Positions 17,073 to 26,146 of a DNA stretch of 64,000 bases are shown piece after piece. The first letter of the stretch is position 1; every line of letters starts with the position of its first letter. This DNA comes from a virus. Its lineage: Duplodnaviria; Caudoviricetes. The stretch is from positions 581 through 64,580 of IMG/VR virus record IMGVR_UViG_3300008267_000189; one strand, written 5' to 3'. A model generated the notes under the pieces. It saw nothing but the letters and a program-made list of their open reading frames with translations, made no database searches and was not told the DNA's origin. Both the position numbers and the translations under genes were made by a program.

Positions 17073-18638
17073 ATGGAAAAAGATAATAAAATTCAATATA
17101 AAATTCTTAAATCTGAGGCTTGCGGCCATACCATCGAGTACAGGATGGTAAAAAAAGAACATCAGCTTGAAAAAGCTCGTATTGACGAAGGATTGTCTCC
17201 TAGAGAAAAAATGAAAGCTCGTGAGGCAAGATCTTCTAAAGAAAAAGAGCCAAGAGAATTAAGTCCTGAGCAGTATGAAACTGGTAAAAAAATAGCCAGA
17301 ACTAAGGCTGTTACTGAAACAGGTGAAAAACAAAGAAAACAAACTCTTAAAGACGTTCTTCATACACACAAACAAAATATACCAAAATCTCCCTCAAAGG
17401 AAGATTTGGAATACCCTATGGCTGCCAGTGAAGAAGAATGTGAATGTGAAGATAAAACAAAAAAATGTGAATGTGAAGATAAAGAAATCAAAAAAAGAGA
17501 AAAGTTTTACATTCAAAAGATTCAAGAATTAAGGAAACAATCACAAATAGATGCTATAAGAGGAGATTTGCCTACTCAATTAACTCCTAGAGGAATGACA
17601 TTAAGAGGAACTCCACAACAAAGACAAGCTGCTGGAATTCCTAATTTTGTTAGCAACCCAGTTACAAATCGCACGGATTTGATAGGACCTAGTGGAAAAG
17701 GGGTATTACCTTCAGGACCCCGTTCTGATCAAGTATCTGCTATAAATAGATTTCAAGAAAATCAAAATGCAGAATATAATAGACCGGCAACTGCGTCGTA
17801 TATTAAAGACGGTGTAAGAAATTTGATTGCACCTGCAACAGCAGCACCTGCAACAGCAGCACCTGCAACAGCAGCACCTGCAACAGCAGCACCTGCAACA
17901 GCAGCACCTGCAACTGGTTCTGTTACAACTGCTCCTACATCACAAAGAATGCAATTTGGGAAAGATAGCGGCGTAAGTTTTAAAGATGCTTTTGCACAAG
18001 CTAGAAAATCAGGTAATCAAGAATTTGACTGGTATAATCCTAAAACAGGTAAAACGCAACCATATCATACCTATTCAAAAGAAGAATTTCAACAAGGGAA
18101 AACTCTTGCTGCTGGAAGAAATCCTGAAGGTTTTCAATCACAAGCTATAGGTACTGACAATAAATATTTCAAAGGTTGGCAAGCTCAACAAAAAGCCTCT
18201 ACTGGACAGCCTATTACCCCTGTTGCTGGACAAGCCCCTGTTGCTGGACAAGCCCCTGTTGCTGGACAAGCTCCTGTTGCTGGACAAGCTCCTGTCCCTA
18301 CTGCTGTGCCAGCTGCAAAAACACCAAATCCAAATGCAAATGTAACAGGAATGAATCCAGATGGATCTATTTCTTCAACAGAATCTGATGGAAGGAAAAC
18401 ATTAACTATGTCTCAGAATCCCGTACCAACGGCTCGTCCTGATCAAATGGGAATGGCACCAGCTCTAAATGAGCCGGGTAAAGTGGGAATGAAAATCCCT
18501 GGTGCCTCTGTTAAATATCCAGAAGCCGAAGGTTTTAAATTTGGAGATACAGCCACAACCCAAGCCCCTACAAGCGAGCAAACTGAGGGGAATCTAAATT
18601 ATAATAAAAATAATAAATTAAACTCTAGTATGGGCTAA
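17073..18638 (+). CDS. Low-complexity modular putative internal/ejection protein
   Basis: ATG at 17073 just after upstream TAG; SFKDAFAQARKSG..FDW..YHT module; Pro/Ala linkers. Confidence 0.6.
   Translation: MEKDNKIQYKILKSEACGHTIEYRMVKKEHQLEKARIDEGLSPREKMKAREARSSKEKEPRELSPEQYETGKKIARTKAVTETGEKQRKQTLKDVLHTHKQNIPKSPSKEDLEYPMAASEEECECEDKTKKCECEDKEIKKREKFYIQKIQELRKQSQIDAIRGDLPTQLTPRGMTLRGTPQQRQAAGIPNFVSNPVTNRTDLIGPSGKGVLPSGPRSDQVSAINRFQENQNAEYNRPATASYIKDGVRNLIAPATAAPATAAPATAAPATAAPATAAPATGSVTTAPTSQRMQFGKDSGVSFKDAFAQARKSGNQEFDWYNPKTGKTQPYHTYSKEEFQQGKTLAAGRNPEGFQSQAIGTDNKYFKGWQAQQKASTGQPITPVAGQAPVAGQAPVAGQAPVAGQAPVPTAVPAAKTPNPNANVTGMNPDGSISSTESDGRKTLTMSQNPVPTARPDQMGMAPALNEPGKVGMKIPGASVKYPEAEGFKFGDTATTQAPTSEQTEGNLNYNKNNKLNSSMG
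17829..17915 (+). repeat. 15-nt tandem repeat GCACCTGCAACAGCA x5 plus partial (APATA)
   Basis: Direct inspection. Confidence 0.95.
18219..18295 (+). repeat. 18-nt tandem repeat CCTGTTGCTGGACAAGCY x4 (PVAGQA)
   Basis: Direct inspection. Confidence 0.95.
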
Positions 18639-18648
18639 TAGGATAAAT

Positions 18649-18837
18649 ATGATAGAGAAAAAGAAAAAGAAAGAAGATAGTAGAGAAGAATTTAGAAAAT
18701 ACTTTTTGAAATTAAACAAAAAACTTAATCTGAATAAATCTTTAGAGGAAGTAATTTGGATACATCTCAAAACAATTGAACATGATAAAAAAGAATTGTT
18801 TGATAGAGGTGTAGAACACTTCGGATATAAATTATAA
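18649..18837 (+). CDS. Small protein preceding tail sheath
   Basis: AGGA RBS; position. Confidence 0.55.
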   Translation: MIEKKKKKEDSREEFRKYFLKLNKKLNLNKSLEEVIWIHLKTIEHDKKELFDRGVEHFGYKL

Positions 18838-18865
18838 TTTATTTTTGATATAAAGGAGAATAACT

Positions 18866-21037
18866 ATGGCACAACGATTAACTACTAGCTTTGTAAATAC
18901 CAACATCCCAGGTGCTTATCCAAGCGTGACGGTAAAATCAACCCCTGTAGGCATTTCAAGTACTGGTGATATTGTTATTATCGGAGAAGCCGAAGGCGGT
19001 GCTGATTTTACACAAGATCCACTTAAAGATAACTTTTTTACTGCTACTCAGTTAACTAGAGTAAGAGCAAAATATTTAAAAGGCCCAATCGTCGATGCTA
19101 TGGCTGCTCTTATTTCTCCAAGCAACGATACTAATATACAAGGATCAATCGGCAAAGTTTATATTGTTAAGACCAACGGTGGATCTAAAGCAAAAGCCAA
19201 TGTTCTTGGCGGATTTGATACGTATGGCATACTTAAAGATAAAAATTTTGGCGTTGATGGTAATAAGTATTTTTTTAAAATAACTCAAGCAGAAACCGAG
19301 GTTGCCCCTTCAATTACAGGTAATAGTTTAGCACCTTTTTCAGCCTCAAATTTTGATGACGTTTCTTTTAGTGTTAGATTAAACGGAGAAGCCATAACGA
19401 CCATTAACTTGGAAGTCGGATCTCATAACACTTTAGAAGATCTTGCAACTGAAATTAATTATAAACTCCCCACAGGATTAAGCTGTTCAGCAAATGTAGC
19501 TACTACATCGCTTGTTATATTTGTACAAGCTGACGCTCAGGCAAATGCGGCGGGATATGGTAAATCTTTTGAATTAGTAGATTCAACTCCAGGTGATTTA
19601 GAGTATATTGGCTTCAGTGAAGAGCTTGTTGTCTCTTCTCAAGAACCAGAAATTCAACTCACTATAAACAGACAAGATACCAATACAAACGAATCGTTTA
19701 TGATGGAAGCTCAGATAGCACTTACTGTTGGATATGATGGAACTAGTGCTGTTCTTTCAATTTCTGATGGAGTTCTTATGACTACAGTAGTCGGAGGGAC
19801 CGGTTCTAATCTTAGTATTACATTAAGTGAATTTACAACCATGTCAGATCTTGCTGCTTTTATAAATTCTCAAGAAGGATACTCAGCATCGTCTGTGGCT
19901 TCTTCAAATAATCTCAGTCCTTTAAAGCTTGATGAAGTTTCGGCTGTTGGAATCGCCACTTCAGGAGGATTTGAAGCCGGGAGAATTAAAAGAGCCGCTC
20001 ATAATTTTAAAACAAAAGTTGCAGAAAGTTCTGTTCTTGATTTTGAATCTCTGGTAGCAGCAGGTCTTCCTAGTGAAACAGTTACCTCTAAATTTCTTGG
20101 ATCTGAAAGTGAAGAATATAAAGGGAAAAAAGGTGCTACTACCGCTGCTGATATTGCAAATGCTATTCCTGCTTTAGAGGGTATTAAAGTTAATTTTGTT
20201 ATTCCTTTATTTTCTAGAGATGCTTCTGAAGATATAGCAGACGGATTAACCGATTCAAGTTCTACTTATACAATCGATGCTATTAATGCTCTTGTGAAAT
20301 CTCATGTTCTTGCCATGTCAACTCCTAAAATGAAAAGGAACAGAATGGCAATGCTTAGTAAACAAGCCAGTTACTCAGCTGTAAAAGCTGCCGCAGCTTC
20401 TTTGTCTAATTTTAGAGCTAGTATGTTTTTTCAAAAAACAAGTCAAGTCAATTCTGTTGGGGATGTTGTAGAATATCAACCATGGCATACCGCTTGTGTT
20501 GCAACAGGTATGCAATCTGCAGGATTTAATAAATCTCTTACTAATAAATTTGCTAATGTTATTAGTTTTAAAGATCCTTCAGGGTTTGATTCTGGCAATC
20601 CAGGTGATGTTGAGGATGCAATTGATGCAGGATTGTTCTTTATGCAACAAGAAACTGCAGGTAATAAATGGGTAGTCGATCAAACGACCTACGGATTTGA
20701 TACAAATTTTGTATACAATTCATTACAAGCCATATATATGGCAGATGTTCTTGCGATTCAGCTTTCTGAATCTCTTGAAAAATTTGCAGTAGGTCAATCG
20801 CTTGCAGATGTTACTTCCGCCGGTATTATTGCTTTTATTTCTAAAAAAATGGAAGAATATAGAAAACTAAAAATAATTGGCGCTTCAGACGATGCTCCTT
20901 TGGGGTATAAAAATGTCAGCGTTGTTATAAACGGTCCTATCGCAGAAGTTAAACTCGAAGCTAAACTTGCTACGGCAATCTTGTTCATACCTATTGAACT
21001 AGAATTGAGCCAGATCCAGTCTAGTGCATCAGCATAA
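18866..21037 (+). CDS. Contractile tail sheath protein
   Basis: IPGAYP..IIGEAEGG N-terminus and C-terminal sheath domain; followed by tube gene. Confidence 0.88.
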   Translation: MAQRLTTSFVNTNIPGAYPSVTVKSTPVGISSTGDIVIIGEAEGGADFTQDPLKDNFFTATQLTRVRAKYLKGPIVDAMAALISPSNDTNIQGSIGKVYIVKTNGGSKAKANVLGGFDTYGILKDKNFGVDGNKYFFKITQAETEVAPSITGNSLAPFSASNFDDVSFSVRLNGEAITTINLEVGSHNTLEDLATEINYKLPTGLSCSANVATTSLVIFVQADAQANAAGYGKSFELVDSTPGDLEYIGFSEELVVSSQEPEIQLTINRQDTNTNESFMMEAQIALTVGYDGTSAVLSISDGVLMTTVVGGTGSNLSITLSEFTTMSDLAAFINSQEGYSASSVASSNNLSPLKLDEVSAVGIATSGGFEAGRIKRAAHNFKTKVAESSVLDFESLVAAGLPSETVTSKFLGSESEEYKGKKGATTAADIANAIPALEGIKVNFVIPLFSRDASEDIADGLTDSSSTYTIDAINALVKSHVLAMSTPKMKRNRMAMLSKQASYSAVKAAAASLSNFRASMFFQKTSQVNSVGDVVEYQPWHTACVATGMQSAGFNKSLTNKFANVISFKDPSGFDSGNPGDVEDAIDAGLFFMQQETAGNKWVVDQTTYGFDTNFVYNSLQAIYMADVLAIQLSESLEKFAVGQSLADVTSAGIIAFISKKMEEYRKLKIIGASDDAPLGYKNVSVVINGPIAEVKLEAKLATAILFIPIELELSQIQSSASA

Positions 21038-21061
21038 TTTTAAGATATAAGGAGAAATAAA

Positions 21062-21511
21062 ATGAGCGTAACAATGACAGGCGCACGAGCCAAGGTAAAG
21101 GTTAACGGACAATATGTAGGAGTTTTTGATTCCTGCTCATATGGAGGCCAGGTAGGTACAGAACCGATTCACACACTAGGTAGATATTCTCCTAATGAAA
21201 TTTCTATCACAAGTTATGAAGCTGTTCAGGTACAATGTGGGGGATTTAGGCTTATTGATCAAGGAGTGCACGTTCTTCCTGCTGCTCCAAAATTGCAGGA
21301 TCTTTTAAATTTTGAATCTATTCAATTAGAAGTTGAAGATAGACAGTCAGGGAAAACTCTTGCTATTGTTAAAAATTGTGTCCCTTCTAATTGGAGTGAA
21401 CAACAACAAGCAAAAGGTACTACAAAATTTAGCATCACCTATATTGGAACTGTTCTCAGTGATGAATCTGGCGATCAAGACGAAAGCTCAGGAGCTTCTA
21501 GTCTTCCTTAA
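21062..21511 (+). CDS. Tail tube protein
   Basis: 149 aa after sheath; TGARAKVKVNG..EPIHTLG. Confidence 0.8.
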   Translation: MSVTMTGARAKVKVNGQYVGVFDSCSYGGQVGTEPIHTLGRYSPNEISITSYEAVQVQCGGFRLIDQGVHVLPAAPKLQDLLNFESIQLEVEDRQSGKTLAIVKNCVPSNWSEQQQAKGTTKFSITYIGTVLSDESGDQDESSGASSLP

Positions 21512-21532
21512 TATTATCAAAAATGAATTTTC

Positions 21533-21561
21533 AAAAAAGCCACTTTTGGGTGGCTTTTTTT
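21533..21561 (+). terminator. Rho-independent terminator
   Basis: AAAAAAGCCAC-TTTTGG-GTGGCTTTTTTT after tube gene. Confidence 0.85.
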
Positions 21562-21567
21562 ATTTTT

Positions 21568-21577
21568 ATGATAATAT
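21568..21577 (+). promoter_or_regulatory. Extended -10 promoter ATGATAATAT
   Basis: Member of recurring ATGATA[GTAC]TAT family. Confidence 0.6.
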
Positions 21578-21583
21578 GAATTC

Positions 21584-21964
21584 ATGAGCGATGATAAAAG
21601 AAATTGTATTTTCACAAACCTTCCCGCAACCGCTAAATTAACTCTTTCCTCATCCAGACACAACTGGACAAAATCTGTCCCTTGCACCAAAGAATTTTTG
21701 GAATCTAAAAAAAATAATAAGCTAAACGACGTAGAATTCAAACTGGTCGAACTTTTTTTCTTAAAAGAAACAGCCCTTTTAAGAGTTGATTATTTAGAAA
21801 ATAAAATGACAGAAATTAGAAAAATGCTTAATTTAAATGATCATATTAAAATATCTCTTCAAGATATTGAAATTATTGAAATTAATTTAGAAAAAGCCGA
21901 AGAATTGACACATGTAGAAGAATCTGCTAAAATAATACTTAATGATAAAAACCTTTGGGAATAA
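21584..21964 (+). CDS. Hypothetical protein
   Basis: ORF directly after promoter motif. Confidence 0.55.
   Translation: MSDDKRNCIFTNLPATAKLTLSSSRHNWTKSVPCTKEFLESKKNNKLNDVEFKLVELFFLKETALLRVDYLENKMTEIRKMLNLNDHIKISLQDIEIIEINLEKAEELTHVEESAKIILNDKNLWE
21905..21933 (+). promoter_or_regulatory. Sigma70-type promoter TTGACA-N17-TAAAAT (with TG extension)
   Basis: Near-consensus, upstream of 21965 and the AAA gene. Confidence 0.6.
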
Positions 21965-22177
21965 ATGAAAAACAAAAAAGAATTGATAATTTATCAATAC
22001 GAAGATGGTGATAAACAACAAAATTTGAAATTTGTAAAAAATTGTTATTTTATTAATAAAAAAAGATATCTTTTCCATTCTGAATTTTATGATATTTTTA
22101 AGGGAATTGATCAAGAAGATGAAGAATTCTCAATAATTAGAGTAGGGAACAATAAAAGAATTAAGAATTTTAAATAA
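21965..22177 (+). CDS. Hypothetical protein
   Basis: Abuts neighbouring genes. Confidence 0.5.
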   Translation: MKNKKELIIYQYEDGDKQQNLKFVKNCYFINKKRYLFHSEFYDIFKGIDQEDEEFSIIRVGNNKRIKNFK

Positions 22178-22186
22178 GGGAATATC

Positions 22187-23182
22187 ATGGAAGAAAATCA
22201 AGGTAAATTTAAAATTATTAAAGCGACAGCTTTAGAAGAAATAAGTGATGGGTCTGTAAAAGAATTACCAGAATCTGATCTTTGTATCCAAACTAGCTCC
22301 CATATTGTTCAATACAAATATATAGATGAAGAAGATGAAAACAAAGGGAAAGTTACGATTAAACCCGGCATTTGGACAATCGTAAATTTAGGCGGATCGC
22401 TTCGTCTTAAAAAATTAGAACTTAAAATTCATAATTTATTAGAAACAGCCACAAATAGTGCTCTAATTCAAAAAGAGGCAAGGCTTTTTTTTAATAAATT
22501 AGATATTTACAAGAAATTCAAAAAAGAACCTAAGAGATCAATTCTTCTATACTCCCAGCCCGGTATGGGTAAAAGTTCAACAATTGCTAAAATTAGTAAT
22601 GATTTTCTAAATGAAGACGAGGGAACTGTAGTAATATTCTGGGACACATCCGATATTGGATCTGGAGCAGTGAGTAAATTTTTATCTACAGGTAGTAAAT
22701 TTTCAAATAAATGCACAAGAATGTTTTTTATTATGGAAGATATTGGAGGTGGAAATGCGGAAGATTACCACGGACCCAGAACAGCTGATTCAAGTCTTCT
22801 TGAACTTTTAGATGGAGCGTCTGTTAATTTTAGACTTCCTACATTTATTATAGCTACAACAAATACTCCTGAAAATTTGCTTAAATCACTAGCAGATAGA
22901 CCTGGAAGATTTGATCAAATGTTTGAGTTAGTAGGACCTGACGCAGAAGAAAGAGTTAAATTGGCAGAACACATGTTTGGAACAAAATTAACAGAAAGCC
23001 AAAAGAAAGCTCTGATGGACAAAGATGCCGACGGTCTTAGTGTTGCTCATATTTCTGAAATAATTATCAGATCAGAACTTCACGATAAAACTTATTCAGA
23101 AGTCATTAGAGAAATGAAAGATCATAAGAAAAAAATAGAAGCAGCTTTTCAAAAAGCGAAGTCCAAGATGGGATTTGCTTAA
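22187..23182 (+). CDS. AAA+ ATPase
   Basis: Walker A SQPGMGKSS, Walker B FIMEDI, SRH ATTN..DRPGRFD. Confidence 0.88.
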   Translation: MEENQGKFKIIKATALEEISDGSVKELPESDLCIQTSSHIVQYKYIDEEDENKGKVTIKPGIWTIVNLGGSLRLKKLELKIHNLLETATNSALIQKEARLFFNKLDIYKKFKKEPKRSILLYSQPGMGKSSTIAKISNDFLNEDEGTVVIFWDTSDIGSGAVSKFLSTGSKFSNKCTRMFFIMEDIGGGNAEDYHGPRTADSSLLELLDGASVNFRLPTFIIATTNTPENLLKSLADRPGRFDQMFELVGPDAEERVKLAEHMFGTKLTESQKKALMDKDADGLSVAHISEIIIRSELHDKTYSEVIREMKDHKKKIEAAFQKAKSKMGFA

Positions 23183-23200
23183 TACAACAAAGGAGTAAAA

Positions 23201-23404
23201 ATGAACAAGGGATCTGGAAGATTATCGACAGTTAATGGGAAGGCCACTCGATTAGGTAAAAAATTAACCCCAGGATCTGTGGATTTTATTGTTAAAAATG
23301 CTGGCAAAATGTCTGGTAGAAGTATCGCAAACGTACTGCATCGTTCTTTAAAAACGATTCAAAGTGTAGCTAGTAGAGCCGGTGTTAGTTTGAAGGTTAA
23401 ATAG
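23201..23404 (+). CDS. Small basic HTH DNA-binding protein
   Basis: MSGRSIANVLHRSLKTIQSVASRAG HTH pattern; AAGGAG RBS. Confidence 0.6.
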   Translation: MNKGSGRLSTVNGKATRLGKKLTPGSVDFIVKNAGKMSGRSIANVLHRSLKTIQSVASRAGVSLKVK

Positions 23405-23461
23405 TAATTTCGGTGTCACATACCATTATGTGCTTATTTCATAAGTACAAGTTGTGAGAGT

Positions 23462-23480
23462 GGCGAGCTATCGCCTATTT
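23462..23480 (+). terminator. Short hairpin terminator GGCGA-GCTA-TCGCC-TATTT
   Basis: 5-bp GC-rich stem with weak U tail. Confidence 0.45.
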
Positions 23481-23627
23481 ATGGAAATAAAAGAAGATTT
23501 TAAAAAAATGACCCCCTATGAAAGATGGAAACTCAAAATAGATTTTTTGAGATTTATAGCTACCTTGGGCGCTCCTTTTATGATAGTAATATTGTCTCAT
23601 TTTACAAAAAAATGGCTGGGATGGTAA
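23481..23627 (+). CDS. Small membrane protein, 48 aa (MEIKEDFKKMTPYERWKLKIDFLRFIATLGAPFMIVILS...)
   Basis: Own translation; TAATG coupling to next gene. Confidence 0.5.
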   Translation: MEIKEDFKKMTPYERWKLKIDFLRFIATLGAPFMIVILSHFTKKWLGW

Positions 23628-23836
23628 TGTATAAATATAAACTAGACGCTGTTATTACAACAATAATACAGACTAGAGAGCAATTAGAAAAATTAAAAGA
23701 AATTTTCCCTACTTTAGTAGAAATATCTGTAGATGTTTCTGATGAAGAAGAAAAATTAATTCTTAAAGAGTTAGAAATGCTAGAAAAAATTGTAAAAAGC
23801 ATATCTTATGGAAATGAAAATGATAAAAATAACTAA
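23627..23836 (+). CDS. Hypothetical protein (start revised to 23627)
   Basis: Coupled start MYKYKLDAV. Confidence 0.5.
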   Translation: MYKYKLDAVITTIIQTREQLEKLKEIFPTLVEISVDVSDEEEKLILKELEMLEKIVKSISYGNENDKNN

Positions 23837-23942
23837 GCATAAAGGATGGAATTTTGGAATAGCCTATATTACTGGACACAAAGGCAAGTATCTATCTATT
23901 ATGTTTTATAAATGGAACTGGTTTTTTTGTATAGGAGAATAA
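23808..23942 (+). CDS. Small hypothetical protein (~44 aa)
   Basis: Own translation; abuts next ORF. Confidence 0.4.
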   Translation: MEMKMIKITKHKGWNFGIAYITGHKGKYLSIMFYKWNWFFCIGE

Positions 23943-24101
23943 ATGTATATTTTATTATTATTGTTAACGCACTTTGGACGACCTAGTTTAGCTAGTTTAA
24001 AATTTGAAAATCAGGCTTCTTGTCTTAAAGCTATAAATACTGTTTTAGAATTTGAAGATAAAAACACTACAATAAAGGCAAGGTGTGTTAAAAATGATTA
24101 G
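23943..24101 (+). CDS. Small secreted/membrane protein with two Cys (52 aa)
   Basis: AGGAG RBS; MYILLLLLTHF..SCLKA..ARCVK. Confidence 0.55.
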   Translation: MYILLLLLTHFGRPSLASLKFENQASCLKAINTVLEFEDKNTTIKARCVKND

Positions 24102-24255
24102 ATTACTTGCAGCGACTGTTGGTCTTGTGTTATGTATTAAAATGATGATAAATCCCACAGACACCCTGACTTTTGGATTGTGTGGACTATTTATGCCCAT
24201 ATTTTTTGTCTATGGCTGGATGTCTATAGAAAAAATGAATCAGGAGGATGAATGA
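24094..24255 (+). CDS. Small two-TM protein (53 aa)
   Basis: Overlapping start; two hydrophobic segments. Confidence 0.5.
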   Translation: MIRLLAATVGLVLCIKMMINPTDTLTFGLCGLFMPIFFVYGWMSIEKMNQEDE

Positions 24256-24323
24256 GTTGCCCTTTTTGTTCGACCCCATGCCAAAATCCTTGGTGTCCTT
24301 ATACAAATCCTGATAAAAAATAA
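24252..24323 (+). CDS. 23-aa Cys4 microprotein MSCPFCSTPCQNPWCPYTNPDKK
   Basis: AGGAGG RBS, ATGA overlap. Confidence 0.5.
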   Translation: MSCPFCSTPCQNPWCPYTNPDKK

Positions 24324-24358
24324 TAAGTTTATGATATTATAGTATAAAGGAGCAAAAA

Positions 24359-26143
24359 ATGACTGTAAAAAAAGTAAAAAGTCCTGCTAAACTTTATTGT
24401 TCAAATTCCTCAATACTAAGAAGAATGACATCTGAGACTATGGACGAGATATCCAATATTGTCGGATCTAGCTATGGTCCAGGAGGAAAAACTACGCTTA
24501 TTGAAAGCGAGTATCCTGGAATTCCTAATAAAAACACAAAAGATGGGGTAACAATTTTTAAATCATTGGGATCTCAAGATCCCTATAAACATTTAATTAT
24601 TGAACAAACAAGAGATGCGGCCCAAAGAACAGCCAGCGAAGCAGGGGACGGAACGACTGCTACTACCATAATTTCTGCTCATCTTGTTAAATCTTTATTT
24701 AAATATTGCGAAGAAAACCCTAAAGAATCCCCTCAAAGAGCTACGAGAATTTTAGATAAAATAGTAAAAAAAGAACTTATTCCAGCCGTTAGAAAAGCTT
24801 CTATTCAAATCAATACAGATAACCAACATCTTCTTGAAAAGGTTGCCAAAGTTTCTGCTAATGGCGATGAAGAAATGGCCGAAGCGGTTATGAAAGCTTT
24901 TGATATTGTAGGATTTGGAGAGTCTTCGCACGTTACAATCCAGGAACTTTCAGGTCCAGGTGGTTACGAGGTAGATCTTATTGAGGGATATCCTATAGCA
25001 ATTGGTTTTGAAGAATCTATCGGTAAATTTCATACTGCTTTTATAAATGATAAAGCTAATCAAAGATGTAAATTAGATAAACCTTTATTTCTTCTTTATG
25101 ATGGAATAGTTAATGATTTAGTAACTTTCCTACCCTTAATAGATTCCTTAGGAAAAAAATATGTTCAAGAAGGGGATTCTGATTACTGCAATCTAGTTCT
25201 CGTAGCTCATGGATTTTCAGAAAATGTATTAACAACTCTTGCTTTTAATTTCTCAAATCCAACAACTTTAAATGTTGTTCCAATGGCAACTCCTATAACT
25301 AATCAAAAAAATTCTAGACTAGAATTTTTATATGATTTATCAGCTTTTGCAGGTGCTAAAATTTTTGATATGACCAACCAAGTATCGAAAGCCAGTCTGG
25401 AAGATTTAGGCGCAGGAATGGAATTGTTTGAATTTTACAGGTTTAGAGGGACGGTAGTAGGCCAACCAGACGAGATGGATATATCTGATCGTGCTGAAGA
25501 ACTAGAGCAGCAACTTAAAAATGCTGCAAGTATTTCTGAAAAACTTGATCTAGAAGAAAGGCTTGGAAAGTTAACAAATGGTATTGCAAAACTTAAAATA
25601 TATGGGGCATCTAATGGTGAACTTAAAGAAAGACATGATAGATGCGAAGATGCTGTTTGTGCCGTAAGAAGTGCTATTAAGCACGGCGCTCTTCCTGGAG
25701 GGTGTAGAGTTCTTGTTAATTTAGCATTAAAATTAAACTCTGAATATGAAGAAAGTCATAGAGATTATAATTTAGTACAAACAGTTTTGATAGAAAGTCT
25801 TATGGAGCCTTTAAGAAAACTTCTAGATAATGCAGGATATAATTCTGAAGAAATTCAAAAAATTATTACAGATTATTTTCTTGATACACAAAAAGTTTAT
25901 GATATAGAAAATATGGAATTTGGAGATCCTGAGGATTTGGGAATTTTTGATGCTTCTCAAGCAGTTATTCAAGCACTAGAAAATAGCGTATCAATCGCCA
26001 GTGTAATGGGTAATTTAGGCGGAATTGTTTGTTCTCCAAGAGATAACCAGCTTGAATTACAGGCATGGAAAGAAGAGCAAGATTTTAGAAGAGCTGTAGA
26101 TCATGCAGAAGAATTTATAAACGAAGCAGATGTAAGACCATAG
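24359..26143 (+). CDS. groEL: Phage chaperonin (GroEL-like)
   Basis: SYGPGG, TKDGVTI, EAGDGTTA, ERLGKL..G.A, LPGG motifs. Confidence 0.92.
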   Translation: MTVKKVKSPAKLYCSNSSILRRMTSETMDEISNIVGSSYGPGGKTTLIESEYPGIPNKNTKDGVTIFKSLGSQDPYKHLIIEQTRDAAQRTASEAGDGTTATTIISAHLVKSLFKYCEENPKESPQRATRILDKIVKKELIPAVRKASIQINTDNQHLLEKVAKVSANGDEEMAEAVMKAFDIVGFGESSHVTIQELSGPGGYEVDLIEGYPIAIGFEESIGKFHTAFINDKANQRCKLDKPLFLLYDGIVNDLVTFLPLIDSLGKKYVQEGDSDYCNLVLVAHGFSENVLTTLAFNFSNPTTLNVVPMATPITNQKNSRLEFLYDLSAFAGAKIFDMTNQVSKASLEDLGAGMELFEFYRFRGTVVGQPDEMDISDRAEELEQQLKNAASISEKLDLEERLGKLTNGIAKLKIYGASNGELKERHDRCEDAVCAVRSAIKHGALPGGCRVLVNLALKLNSEYEESHRDYNLVQTVLIESLMEPLRKLLDNAGYNSEEIQKIITDYFLDTQKVYDIENMEFGDPEDLGIFDASQAVIQALENSVSIASVMGNLGGIVCSPRDNQLELQAWKEEQDFRRAVDHAEEFINEADVRP

Positions 26144-26146
26144 TAA

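Noticed and set aside
16974-17075. Frameshift fusion of 16376-17071 with the next ORF
   Set aside because: Would need a +1 shift with no recognisable signal; an ATG at 17073 directly after the stop explains it by re-initiation.
23525-23626. N-terminal part of track ORF 23525-23836
   Set aside because: Better explained by the overlapping ORF 23481-23627 coupled (TAATG) to a start at 23627.
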